Assembly: GCA_029856105.1 (NCBI GenBank)
Contig: JAHQWH010000015.1
Location: 32,001 to 96,000 of the forward strand
Length of the DNA: 64,000 nucleotides
Direction: 5' to 3'
Source: Promethearchaeia archaeon
Lineage (GTDB): Archaea; Asgardarchaeota; Lokiarchaeia; Sigyniarchaeales; SOKP01
Shown here: piece by piece, positions 29,012 through 38,361 of the stretch
Layout of the letters: each line of letters opens with the position of its first letter
How positions within the stretch are numbered: position 1 is the stretch's first letter
Translations under genes and position numbers: made by a program
The notes under the pieces: generated by a model
Told to the model about the DNA's origin: nothing
Databases searched by the model: none
What the model saw: the letters and a program-made list of their open reading frames with translations, nothing else

Positions 29012-29491
29012 TTGATAAAAGACAAAAAAAATGCTTTGTATTGGTCCGAATTAGGAATGAAATATTTTAAAACAGGAGATTACCTAAAGGCAATAGAGTG
29101 CTTTGAAAGAGCAGTCAAAATTAACCCGTTAAGTAGCGTTTCCTGGAGTAACATGGGAGTTGCCTATGAAAAGTTAGAAAATTTCGACAAAGAACGAGAA
29201 TGCTGCAAAAAAGCAGTGAGTATCGATCCTTTGGATAATTGGGCGTGGTACAATTTAGGAGTAGCGTATGAAAAATTAGGTAAATCTCAAGATTCGATTT
29301 TGAGCTATAAAAAAGCCATTAAAATAGACCCGCAGGATAGTGCGACTTGGTTTAATTTAGGGCGATTATTCAAGTCGTTAGGTACTTTCAAGAAAGCAAT
29401 GCAATGTTTTGCTGAAGTCCTTAAAATTGACCCAGTAAATATTGAAGCTGAAAAACTATTAGGTGGTTTAAAAGAAAATAAAATTCAGTAA
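29012..29491 (+). CDS. TPR repeat protein
   Basis: Four W.N.G..Y...A..IDP repeats. Confidence 0.92.
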   Translation: MIKDKKNALYWSELGMKYFKTGDYLKAIECFERAVKINPLSSVSWSNMGVAYEKLENFDKERECCKKAVSIDPLDNWAWYNLGVAYEKLGKSQDSILSYKKAIKIDPQDSATWFNLGRLFKSLGTFKKAMQCFAEVLKIDPVNIEAEKLLGGLKENKIQ

Positions 29492-29494
29492 AAA

Positions 29495-29773
29495 TCATAA
29501 GAACGCGAAGTTCGTTTCCTTTTTTAGCCTTCTTTTAAGTTGTTTTATAGTTTTATCTTTTTCTTCGATAATTTTTTGATTTATTTGTTTTATTAAATTT
29601 ATCTCTTCTCTAAGAATTTTAATAATCTTTTCTTTTTCTTCTTCGGACTTATCCATATTATTTATGATCTTACTTACTTCAATAATTTTATTAATCTTTT
29701 TAGAACCATCACTTATTCCGTTCGCGTTTGGTTTCTTAAGATCGTTGTTACCTAAAATTGGTTCTTCTTTCAA
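29495..29773 (-). CDS. Small coiled-coil hypothetical protein
   Basis: K/E/I-rich heptads. Confidence 0.5.
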   Translation of the reverse strand: MKEEPILGNNDLKKPNANGISDGSKKINKIIEVSKIINNMDKSEEEKEKIIKILREEINLIKQINQKIIEEKDKTIKQLKRRLKKETNFAFL

Positions 29774-30080
29774 AATTTGATCTCTATCTAAAAAATAATT
29801 TATTCGCTCTAAATTTTATATAACAAGTTTTATTTTTAAATGTTTTTACGATTATGTCGAAAGCATTTACTAGGTTTTCGCTGAAAAAATTCTATGTTTT
29901 TTTAAAAAGTTAAACAAAAAAAGGCAGATTTTATCGAAATAACATAATTTTCTTATGAATTATTCCACTTAAAAAACATTTAGATATTGCAATTAATTAA
30001 TACTCTTATTTTAATTACTAAATTCAATAACAAATTTTTTATTAAAAAGTTCTTTTCACTTCTTAATATTATAAATTAAA

Positions 30081-30098
30081 ATTGTTTGATCAAACAAT
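30081..30098. promoter_or_regulatory. Perfect 18-bp palindrome, candidate operator for hdrCBA
   Basis: ATTGTTTGATCAAACAAT just downstream of TATA-like TTATAAA. Confidence 0.55.
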
Positions 30099-30173
30099 CA
30101 AAAAAGTAAAGTCTGTACTTTTTTACGCAATTATTTATCAATTTTAAAACTATAAAAGAGACTTGTATTTATT

Positions 30174-30788
30174 ATGAGCGAAAATATAGAAAAATATATC
30201 AAGCGCAAGGTATATAACGGCACGAGCTCTAAAATTGCTCAAAAATTCGTTGACGCTGGTTTAGAAAAGTTAAGATCTTGTATTAACTGTGGAACTTGCA
30301 CAGCCTCATGCCCGTCTGGAAGACGAACAGCGTTCCGAACACGTTCTGCTCTCAGACGTGCGTTAGCAGGGGATGAATCGGTTTTGAGTGATATTGACAT
30401 CTGGCTTTGCAGTACTTGTTATTACTGCTATGAGCGATGCCCACGAGACATACCTGTAACTGATATGATTATAAAACTTAGAAACATAGCTGTTGAAGAA
30501 GGCTATATCTTAGATAATCACTTTACTTTAGCCAAAGATATTTTTTATAAAACAGGTCATGGGGTACCAGCCAATGGTGAAAACAACAAAAAATGGAGAG
30601 ATTTACGAGAATCATATGGTTTACCAGCACTACCTCCAACGGTTCATTCCTATCCGGAAGCCGTGAAAGAATGCCAATTTTTAATGGACGAAGTTGGTTT
30701 CAAAGCTTTACTGGATAATGCGAAAAAATTAAAGGATGAAAGAATGTTAGCAGAAGAAAAAAAAGAAAACGAAAAGGATGGTAAATAA
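30174..30788 (+). CDS. hdrC: Heterodisulfide reductase subunit C
   Basis: CINCGTCTASCPS and WLCSTCYYCYERCPR. Confidence 0.93.
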   Translation: MSENIEKYIKRKVYNGTSSKIAQKFVDAGLEKLRSCINCGTCTASCPSGRRTAFRTRSALRRALAGDESVLSDIDIWLCSTCYYCYERCPRDIPVTDMIIKLRNIAVEEGYILDNHFTLAKDIFYKTGHGVPANGENNKKWRDLRESYGLPALPPTVHSYPEAVKECQFLMDEVGFKALLDNAKKLKDERMLAEEKKENEKDGK

Positions 30789-31740
30789 AGTGAGCGAACA
30801 AAAAGATTGGAGATACGCTTTTTTTTTAGGGTGCGTTATTCCAAATAGGTATCCAATGATAGAACGTAGCATACGCGATGTTTTCGAAGAGCTAGGAGCA
30901 GAACTATTGGACATGCCTGGCGCGTCGTGTTGTCCCGCCCCGGGAGTATTTAGGGGGTTTCATATTCCTACTTGGTTCGTTATTGCTGCTCGTAATATAG
31001 CAATAGCAGAAGATTTGGGCGTAAGTCTAATAACAGGGTGTAATGGGTGTTACGGTACGCTACGCGACGCTTGGTGGGACTTAGAACATAACAGTGAAGA
31101 AAAAAAACATGTAAACAAACTCCTTGCTAAAGTAGGTAAAAAGTATACTGGTAATTTTGAGCCAAAACACGTCATGCAAGCCTTATACTTAGATATGGGG
31201 AAAGAATACGTTAGAGGTTTTATTAAGCACAAATTTAAGGATTTAAAGGTTGCAGTGCATTACGGATGTCACATCGTTAAACCTAGCGATAAACGTCCTT
31301 GGGATGGAGAATACGAGAATCCAACTTTCCTTGACGAGATAGTTGAACTTACTGGGGCAACAAGTATCGATTATAAGGAAAAGTTTATGTGTTGTGGTGC
31401 TGGTGGAGCCGTCAGAACAGCCGTGAAAGAAGTCGCGGCCGATTTTACGCGTGAAAAATTAGTTAATATGCGAGAAGCTGGCGCAGATATCATAATAAAC
31501 TGCTGTCCCTTCTGTCACCTTCAATTAGACCTCGGACAGGTCGAAGTAAATAACTTTTATAAAGATATAATTGGAGAACCGTTCCATATTCCTGTAATTT
31601 ATATTACGCAGTTGTTAGGTGTCGCCATGGGAATGGATCCTAGCAGACTTGGACTCGTAAAGAACCACAATTTAAAAGGCGTGAGCCCATTTATTCCCAT
31701 ACAACCCTTTTTAGATATTGTAAAGGAGCAATTAATTTAG
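30778..31740 (+). CDS. hdrB: Heterodisulfide reductase subunit B
   Basis: Two CCG domains: FLGC, CCPAPG, CNGC, HYGCH, CCGAGG, CPFCHLQ. Confidence 0.95.
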   Translation: MVNKVSEQKDWRYAFFLGCVIPNRYPMIERSIRDVFEELGAELLDMPGASCCPAPGVFRGFHIPTWFVIAARNIAIAEDLGVSLITGCNGCYGTLRDAWWDLEHNSEEKKHVNKLLAKVGKKYTGNFEPKHVMQALYLDMGKEYVRGFIKHKFKDLKVAVHYGCHIVKPSDKRPWDGEYENPTFLDEIVELTGATSIDYKEKFMCCGAGGAVRTAVKEVAADFTREKLVNMREAGADIIINCCPFCHLQLDLGQVEVNNFYKDIIGEPFHIPVIYITQLLGVAMGMDPSRLGLVKNHNLKGVSPFIPIQPFLDIVKEQLI

Positions 31741-31752
31741 GAGGAATGAAAA

Positions 31753-33768
31753 ATGACGGAAAGTGAAAAGAAAATAAAAGTTACAAGAAAAACGAGACCT
31801 AAAATTGGAGTTTATGTGTGCCATTGCGGTATTAATATTGCTGGCGTGGTTGACGTATACGCACTTAAGGACTACGCATTAACCCTTCCCGATGTGGTGT
31901 TAGCGCGCGAATATAAATTTATGTGTTCAGATAACGGTCAAAATCTTATTAAAGAGGATATTGAAGCGGGTTTAATCAATCGCGTAGTTGTTGCGGCATG
32001 CTCCCCTAGAATGCACGAACCAACGTTTAGGTTGGTCTGCAAGGAAGCTGGGTTGAATCAATTTTTGTTCGAACAAGCGAATATTCGAGAACACGCTACT
32101 TGGGTAAACATGAACGACACTGAAGGTGCCTATCAAATTGCTCAAGATCATATCAGAATGGCAGTTGCGAAAGCGAGGACTTTATTACCTTTAGAAGTTC
32201 AAAAAGTAAGTGTAGAACCTTCGTGCTTAATTATTGGAGGTGGGATCGCTGGAATGAATTCTGCTATAGACTTAGCAAAAGAAGGATATAAAGTCTATCT
32301 TGTCGAAAGAACTCCGACTATTGGTGGCCACATGGCACAGCTTGATAAAACATTCCCAACCATGGACTGTTCTGCTTGTATCATCACCCCACGGATGGTT
32401 GATGTCGCCCGAGAGAAAAATATCGAACTTCTTACTTATTCGGAGGTTGTAGATGTTGCCGGTTATGTTGGTAATTTTGAAGTTACCATAATGAAAAAAC
32501 CACATTACGTCGATCAAGAAGCTTGTACAGGGTGCGGTGCTTGCGTTGAGCCTTGCCCAGTATCAGTGGGTAACGAATTTGAACTTGGATTGGCCCCTAG
32601 AAAAGCTATATACATTCCATTTCCCCAAGCGGTACCTGGAGAATACACAATTGATATGGAGAGTTGTATTCAATGCGGGATTTGCGCGCGTCCTGATGTG
32701 TGTGAACCAGACGCAATTAGATACGACGATAAACCAGAATATCTTAAAGTAAAGGTAGGTACTATAATTATTGCTACAGGTTGGGATCCTTATGACCCAA
32801 CTCCACTCAAGCAATACGGGTATGGCAGATACCCTAACGTTATCACAGCGTTTCAGATGGAACGGTTATTAAGTTCATATGGACCTGTATTAGGAAAGCC
32901 AGTTAGACCTTCAGATCTCAAAGCCCCACACAGTATTGCCTTTCTCCAATGTGTTGGAAGCAGATACTTTAGAGAAGGTGGAAATAAATATTGTTCTAGA
33001 GTTTGTTGCATGTATGCCACAAAACAAGCGAGACAATACAAAGAAAAACATCCAGAAAGCGAAGTCTATATATTTTACATTGATATACGAGCGTTTGGTA
33101 GGGGATACGAAGAATTTTACGAATCTGCTTCAGAAAACTACGGAATAAATTATATTAGAGGACGAATTGGTGAAGTTTGGGAAGATAAAGATCATAACAT
33201 TGTAATTAGAGCTGAAGACACTTTAATACAAACGCCAATCGAATTAACAGTTGATTTATTTATTTTATCTATTGGGTTAGAAGCTGTGGCAGACGCAGAC
33301 AAAATTTCTTCTTTATTAAGCGTTCAGCGATCGGAAGATGGATTCTTTATGGAAGCTCATCCAAAACTTAGACCCGTAGATACATTAACCGATGGTATTT
33401 TTATCGCAGGAGTTGCTCAAGGACCGAAAGATATCCCTGACACGGTAGCTCAAGCAAAAGGAGCTGCTTCAAGCGCAGCAGCGTTAATGGCGCAAGGAGA
33501 AGTCGAAATTGAACCATATTATGCCGTTGTATTGGATCACTTATGTTCAGGCTGTAGAACTTGTCAATCCCTATGCCCATTTGGAGCTATAGATTTTGAC
33601 GAATTTAAAAAGATTGCCGTTGTGAACTCAGCTCTTTGTAAAGGGTGTGGAACTTGCGTGTCCGCGTGCCCTTCCGGAGCCATGGTACAAAATCATTTTA
33701 CTAACATTCAACTCGATTCGATAATTAATATTGCAGTAAAACAACCTACTGTTAAAAACGGTCAATAA
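31753..33768 (+). CDS. hdrA: Heterodisulfide reductase subunit A (Cys form)
   Basis: IGVYVCHCGINI, GGGIAG, DKTFPTMDCSAC, YCSRVCCMY, C-terminal ferredoxin. Confidence 0.96.
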   Translation: MTESEKKIKVTRKTRPKIGVYVCHCGINIAGVVDVYALKDYALTLPDVVLAREYKFMCSDNGQNLIKEDIEAGLINRVVVAACSPRMHEPTFRLVCKEAGLNQFLFEQANIREHATWVNMNDTEGAYQIAQDHIRMAVAKARTLLPLEVQKVSVEPSCLIIGGGIAGMNSAIDLAKEGYKVYLVERTPTIGGHMAQLDKTFPTMDCSACIITPRMVDVAREKNIELLTYSEVVDVAGYVGNFEVTIMKKPHYVDQEACTGCGACVEPCPVSVGNEFELGLAPRKAIYIPFPQAVPGEYTIDMESCIQCGICARPDVCEPDAIRYDDKPEYLKVKVGTIIIATGWDPYDPTPLKQYGYGRYPNVITAFQMERLLSSYGPVLGKPVRPSDLKAPHSIAFLQCVGSRYFREGGNKYCSRVCCMYATKQARQYKEKHPESEVYIFYIDIRAFGRGYEEFYESASENYGINYIRGRIGEVWEDKDHNIVIRAEDTLIQTPIELTVDLFILSIGLEAVADADKISSLLSVQRSEDGFFMEAHPKLRPVDTLTDGIFIAGVAQGPKDIPDTVAQAKGAASSAAALMAQGEVEIEPYYAVVLDHLCSGCRTCQSLCPFGAIDFDEFKKIAVVNSALCKGCGTCVSACPSGAMVQNHFTNIQLDSIINIAVKQPTVKNGQ

Positions 33769-33780
33769 CGACTGTAATTT

Positions 33781-33799
33781 TTAATTTTCTTTTTTTTTT
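33781..33799 (+). terminator. Oligo-T archaeal terminator candidate after hdrA
   Basis: Long T tract just after the stop codon. Confidence 0.45.
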
Positions 33800-33883
33800 A
33801 AGTATCTTAAAAGTTTTTAAAAAGAATTTTTAAATCTTTTAAATAATTTCATTTTAATTAAAAGGAAATATTAAGGTGAAAAA

Positions 33884-34666
33884 ATGAAGATTTCGGGATC
33901 TAATCAATTCAATATTCAAAAATTTAAGGCACTTTTATCTTACTGGGTTATCCATAACAGTCAACACACGAAGGGAGTTGAAGAATGGCTTTCAAGATTT
34001 GAGAAATTGAACAATGATTATATAACTAAGAAATTGAGAAATGTTATCCATCTTTTTAAAGAAATTACTAAAGAATATGAATCAATAAAAATCAAAATAG
34101 GTAGTATTGAGAATGTACATCTTGAGAAGGAGCCACAACAAAAAGATACTTTAATCTCTAAATCCAAGGAATTACCTAATATCTTTGAATTTAAACAAAT
34201 TGGAGTGATTCATACACCTTATAAAGATAAAGCACCATTTCAGCCAATTAAGAGTGATAAAGGAGAATTTCGTATTGTTGTTAATCCCGAATATACAAAT
34301 GGTCTTTCTAAACTTGATACGTTCCAATATATTTATGTTATTTATTACATCCATCGTATAACTCGAAAAGTTAGAAATATTATCGCACCATCTTGGACTG
34401 GTGGTACAGAAGTAGGATTATTCGCAAGTAGATCTCCTGTTCGCCCAAATTTGATTGGAATTAGTATTGTTCCCATAAAAAGTATTGTAAAAAACACAAT
34501 ATTCACATCGGGTTTAGATGTTTTTGATGATACTCCTTTATTGGACATTAAACCGTATATAAAAGATTTGGATTCAAAATGTGACGCTAATTATGGTTGG
34601 ATTGAAAATCTTGACGGTTATGAACACCTTCTTTTACATATTAAAGGAATTCCTCATGACTATTAA
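33884..34666 (+). CDS. TsaA/TrmO-like SAM-binding protein with N-terminal His-motif helical domain
   Basis: IGVIHTPY, GLFASRSPVRPN.IG, LDVFDDTPLLDIKPY; N-terminal W..HN..H. Confidence 0.85.
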   Translation: MKISGSNQFNIQKFKALLSYWVIHNSQHTKGVEEWLSRFEKLNNDYITKKLRNVIHLFKEITKEYESIKIKIGSIENVHLEKEPQQKDTLISKSKELPNIFEFKQIGVIHTPYKDKAPFQPIKSDKGEFRIVVNPEYTNGLSKLDTFQYIYVIYYIHRITRKVRNIIAPSWTGGTEVGLFASRSPVRPNLIGISIVPIKSIVKNTIFTSGLDVFDDTPLLDIKPYIKDLDSKCDANYGWIENLDGYEHLLLHIKGIPHDY

Positions 34667-34705
34667 TTTAACATTTTATAGAAACTTAAAGAAACTTAAA
34701 AAAAA

Positions 34706-35332
34706 TTATTTTTTTGCTTTAATTACAACAAATGAGCCTTCTCCATAATTTGGTTTAATAGGTTCGATATCTTTTATTTCAAGTAAAGGTCGAAAGATAG
34801 TCTGAGAAAATTCAAATTTAGTGAAGTTTGCTATTTTTAAATAAGAAACCACCTCATCTACGGAATAGAAATTTGCTACATTATAGAACACATTTTCTTT
34901 TTTATGGCGCTGATATTTAATCCCAATTGAGCTATTTCTATCAATAAAACCAATAATAAACGATCCTTTTGATGTTAAGATATTATAAACTTCTTCAAAT
35001 GCCATTTTAATATCGTCAAGAAAGCAAATAGTCGTAACCATTAAAAAAAGACCAAATCTCTCCTTTCTTATGGGAAGTAGTTCTCCAACAGCATTAATTA
35101 CGTCTATTCCTCTTGTTAAAGAAAGCTGTCTCATTTTATTAGAGGGTTCAATCCCAACCATAATACCTAAAGGTGCTGCGAATTTACCACTCCCTACACC
35201 GATTTCTATACTCTTTTTTCTTTTTGGAAGTAAGCTCTTTATTGCCAAAAGTTCAGATTTGTACACATTTGGATTATCAATAAACCATTGTTCATATCGC
35301 AAAAAATATTTTTCAAAAGGTTCAATTCTCAT
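34706..35332 (-). CDS. Class I SAM-dependent methyltransferase
   Basis: EIGVGSGKF motif I. Confidence 0.88.
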   Translation of the reverse strand: MRIEPFEKYFLRYEQWFIDNPNVYKSELLAIKSLLPKRKKSIEIGVGSGKFAAPLGIMVGIEPSNKMRQLSLTRGIDVINAVGELLPIRKERFGLFLMVTTICFLDDIKMAFEEVYNILTSKGSFIIGFIDRNSSIGIKYQRHKKENVFYNVANFYSVDEVVSYLKIANFTKFEFSQTIFRPLLEIKDIEPIKPNYGEGSFVVIKAKK

Positions 35333-35471
35333 TTAAAATTCATCTTTATTTTAAAGCTTATATTTGTTATACATTAAAAGTAAGTTTTGGTATAGTATAT
35401 TTTGAAAAAAACTTAACATTTACCAATACTTCTCTTTATCAAACAAAATAATATGTTAAAATAGTATTAAA

Positions 35472-36077
35472 TTGATAAAAAATATAATATTTGATTTGGG
35501 AAATGTTCTACTGAAATTCAAACCAGAGGAATTCTTATTGCAGTATACAAACGATGAAGATTATATAAAACAATTCGTTCCAAAGATAACTCGTAGTAAA
35601 TTGTGGTTAGATTTAGATAGGGGTTTAGAATCGTTAGAAAACGCGGAAAGAATTTTTGTATCTAGATACCCTGAAGAAGAAGAGCTTATTTCGCTATTTT
35701 TTAAGCATTGGATGGAAATGCTTACTCCAATTGAGGAAAACATTAGTATTTTGTTGGATTTAAGCGAGTCAGGATATAATACCTATATTTTGTCAAATTA
35801 CATTAAGGAAGCGTTTAAATTTGTAAAAGAAAAATTCAATTTTTTTACATTATTCGACGGTCAAATAATTTCTGGAGAGGAAAACGTTATTAAACCAGAG
35901 AAAGCGATTTACGAGACTTTACTTAGACGCTACCAATTAATTCCAGAAGAAAGTTTATTTATCGACGACGTCTTTTTTTTTTTGAAGCCAGCAAAAAAGC
36001 TAGGAATAAGTACTATTTGGAATCGCCCTCATACGGATTTACGCAAAGAATTAAAAAAATTTAATATATCGATCTGA
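35472..36077 (+). CDS. HAD family phosphatase
   Basis: IFDLGNVL, LSN, KP, FIDD. Confidence 0.9.
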   Translation: MIKNIIFDLGNVLLKFKPEEFLLQYTNDEDYIKQFVPKITRSKLWLDLDRGLESLENAERIFVSRYPEEEELISLFFKHWMEMLTPIEENISILLDLSESGYNTYILSNYIKEAFKFVKEKFNFFTLFDGQIISGEENVIKPEKAIYETLLRRYQLIPEESLFIDDVFFFLKPAKKLGISTIWNRPHTDLRKELKKFNISI

Positions 36078-36170
36078 ATAATTACGACTTGTTTTTAATG
36101 CAATTTTTATTTAGATGAAAGACATTAAGTATTAGTAGACTAAAAACATACAAAAAACGTTAATTTATTT

Positions 36171-36800
36171 ATGATAGATAGTTGGCTCTCTAAAACGAAA
36201 TTTAAAGAAGGTTACGAGAAGTTTGTAAAGAAAGTCTTTCTTGGGAAAATATCTGCCAATCAACTTACTACTCTTGGATTGGTTTTTGGTTTAGTAAGCT
36301 CATTTTTGATATACCTTAGTGGTATTTTTTTAGCATTAGCAATAACATTTATGGTATATTCCGCAATTGTTATGACCGTTTCTTTTTTCATTGATACTCT
36401 TGATGGCTCTATAGCAAGATTAGAAGGTCCTACTATCTTTGGAGGAATATTAGATATATTTTGCGATCGGCTCGTCGAGATTTCCATAATTATAGCGATA
36501 GTAACAACAGACCCTACGAATCTAATTTGGCCGGGTTTGTTTTCTTTAGCCGCCATCGTTTTATGTATCTCTATGTTTCTTATTGTAGGAGGAATTATTA
36601 AAAGAGACAATATAGAAAATAATTCAAAAGTAATCACATATCAAAGTGGATTGATGGAGCGATCTGAAACATTTTTCTTTTTATTGGCGTTAATTGTTTT
36701 TATTCCATGGCGTTTGATTATATTGTGGATTTTTACGGTTTTAATATTCCTCACAGCGTTATTAAGGTTGAGAGACGCACACAAAATCTTTAAATCGTAG
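36171..36800 (+). CDS. CDP-alcohol phosphatidyltransferase
   Basis: DTLDGSIAR...GGILDIFCD. Confidence 0.92.
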   Translation: MIDSWLSKTKFKEGYEKFVKKVFLGKISANQLTTLGLVFGLVSSFLIYLSGIFLALAITFMVYSAIVMTVSFFIDTLDGSIARLEGPTIFGGILDIFCDRLVEISIIIAIVTTDPTNLIWPGLFSLAAIVLCISMFLIVGGIIKRDNIENNSKVITYQSGLMERSETFFFLLALIVFIPWRLIILWIFTVLIFLTALLRLRDAHKIFKS

Positions 36801-36971
36801 TCCCTAATTTATTTTTATTTTTAATACAATTTTAGATATTACATATTTAGTTCGTGATATATCCTAAGAATTCTATTGAAAAAATTAAACTTATAAATGT
36901 AAAATAAATGATTTTACTATTGATATATCATTTTATTATTGTTTTTTCTAAGCTAAACTAAATTTGTAAAA

Positions 36972-38273
36972 ATGTTCGAAAATAATTCATTTACAGAAAA
37001 AACTATTGTTTCTCGATTAAAAGAAATTAGTGAGTCCAAATACGGGTTAATCAGCATAAATTATATCTTAATAAATTGTCGAATGGAGGATTTATTAACA
37101 TTTATAAAAAATTATGGAATTTCGCTTCCGGATAAATCTTTTATTACTCGTTTTGAATACATAATAATAATTGCTTTGCACCTTACAGAAATGTATTATA
37201 CTACTGAAATTCAAAAAAAGTACGAAGATCCGTTAGAATACATAGGATATGCGATATTAAACGAAGACATATTTACTAAATATCTAATTAACCTCGACTT
37301 TATAGTTAAACAAGATCTAATTGATACATTTGCTGACTTATATGCAGATTTAGGAATTACAGTGTATAATACATCAACTGATTCCATTAGACCTAAAATG
37401 GATATGTATTCAGTGAGGAAAAAATCAGCGCTTCGAACAGAATCGGTGTTTGCAATGACTGGTTTTGATATGAACGACAAAAATTATTTAGAAATTAAAA
37501 ATTTGATTGAGAAAGCCAGTTCAGTTGCAAATGGTAGTGTTTTTGTGACTACTCCTATTGGTGTTTCTAAAATTGGATTAAGTAAAATGATATATGATAT
37601 GAATAAATTAAACTGTCAGCTATATGTAATCGACCCTTCAAGGAAGATAGTTTATGGTCTTACTAAAAACAAGAAAAATGAAGTACTAGATGATTTGAGA
37701 GAAAAATTAATTCGAAAACTTCCTAGAGCGCCCATGAGAGCGCCTTCTCATGTTTTTGACCTATCAGACTATTATTTTAATGAGTCAAACTCATTTAATC
37801 CGATTGATTTTAGGCTTTTTGATATTTATAACGATTTAGAACATAATAAATTGCTACTTAAGGAAGAAGAGACTCCTAAATACGCAGAAGTGTTCAGGGA
37901 TTTGATTATTATGGAAATAACTTCTGGAACGCCAATTATCTCTTACGCAAGTGATAATTTTAAAGAGCTAGCTTTGGCATCAGGATTTTTAGCAGCTATG
38001 GATTCCTTTGTTACACAAATTGGAGGCTCAAAAATGGAGGAGATTAATTATAAAGGGTTTTATGTCCAAGCCGCTTACGGAAAATTTACAAAATTAGCTT
38101 GTATTCTGTCTATCCCGGCAGACAAAAGTTTAAAGGAGAGATTAAAACATCTGATAAGATTATTCGAAGAACATTACGAAGATGAGATTGAAAAATTTAA
38201 GTTATCTGGCAATACCGAATTATTTGACAGTCGTGAAATAATTTATCTAATAAAAGAAATTATTGACATTTAA
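36972..38273 (+). CDS. Hypothetical protein with C-terminal longin-like domain
   Basis: SG.PII...SGFLAAMDSF...EINYKGF; full-length paralogue of next gene. Confidence 0.75.
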   Translation: MFENNSFTEKTIVSRLKEISESKYGLISINYILINCRMEDLLTFIKNYGISLPDKSFITRFEYIIIIALHLTEMYYTTEIQKKYEDPLEYIGYAILNEDIFTKYLINLDFIVKQDLIDTFADLYADLGITVYNTSTDSIRPKMDMYSVRKKSALRTESVFAMTGFDMNDKNYLEIKNLIEKASSVANGSVFVTTPIGVSKIGLSKMIYDMNKLNCQLYVIDPSRKIVYGLTKNKKNEVLDDLREKLIRKLPRAPMRAPSHVFDLSDYYFNESNSFNPIDFRLFDIYNDLEHNKLLLKEEETPKYAEVFRDLIIMEITSGTPIISYASDNFKELALASGFLAAMDSFVTQIGGSKMEEINYKGFYVQAAYGKFTKLACILSIPADKSLKERLKHLIRLFEEHYEDEIEKFKLSGNTELFDSREIIYLIKEIIDI

Positions 38274-38361
38274 AAAAACATTTCGACAACTAAATCACTA
38301 TTTCTGCTATTTTTAGTTTATTATAAAAATATTTTAAAACTCAAAAGATATTATATCACTA

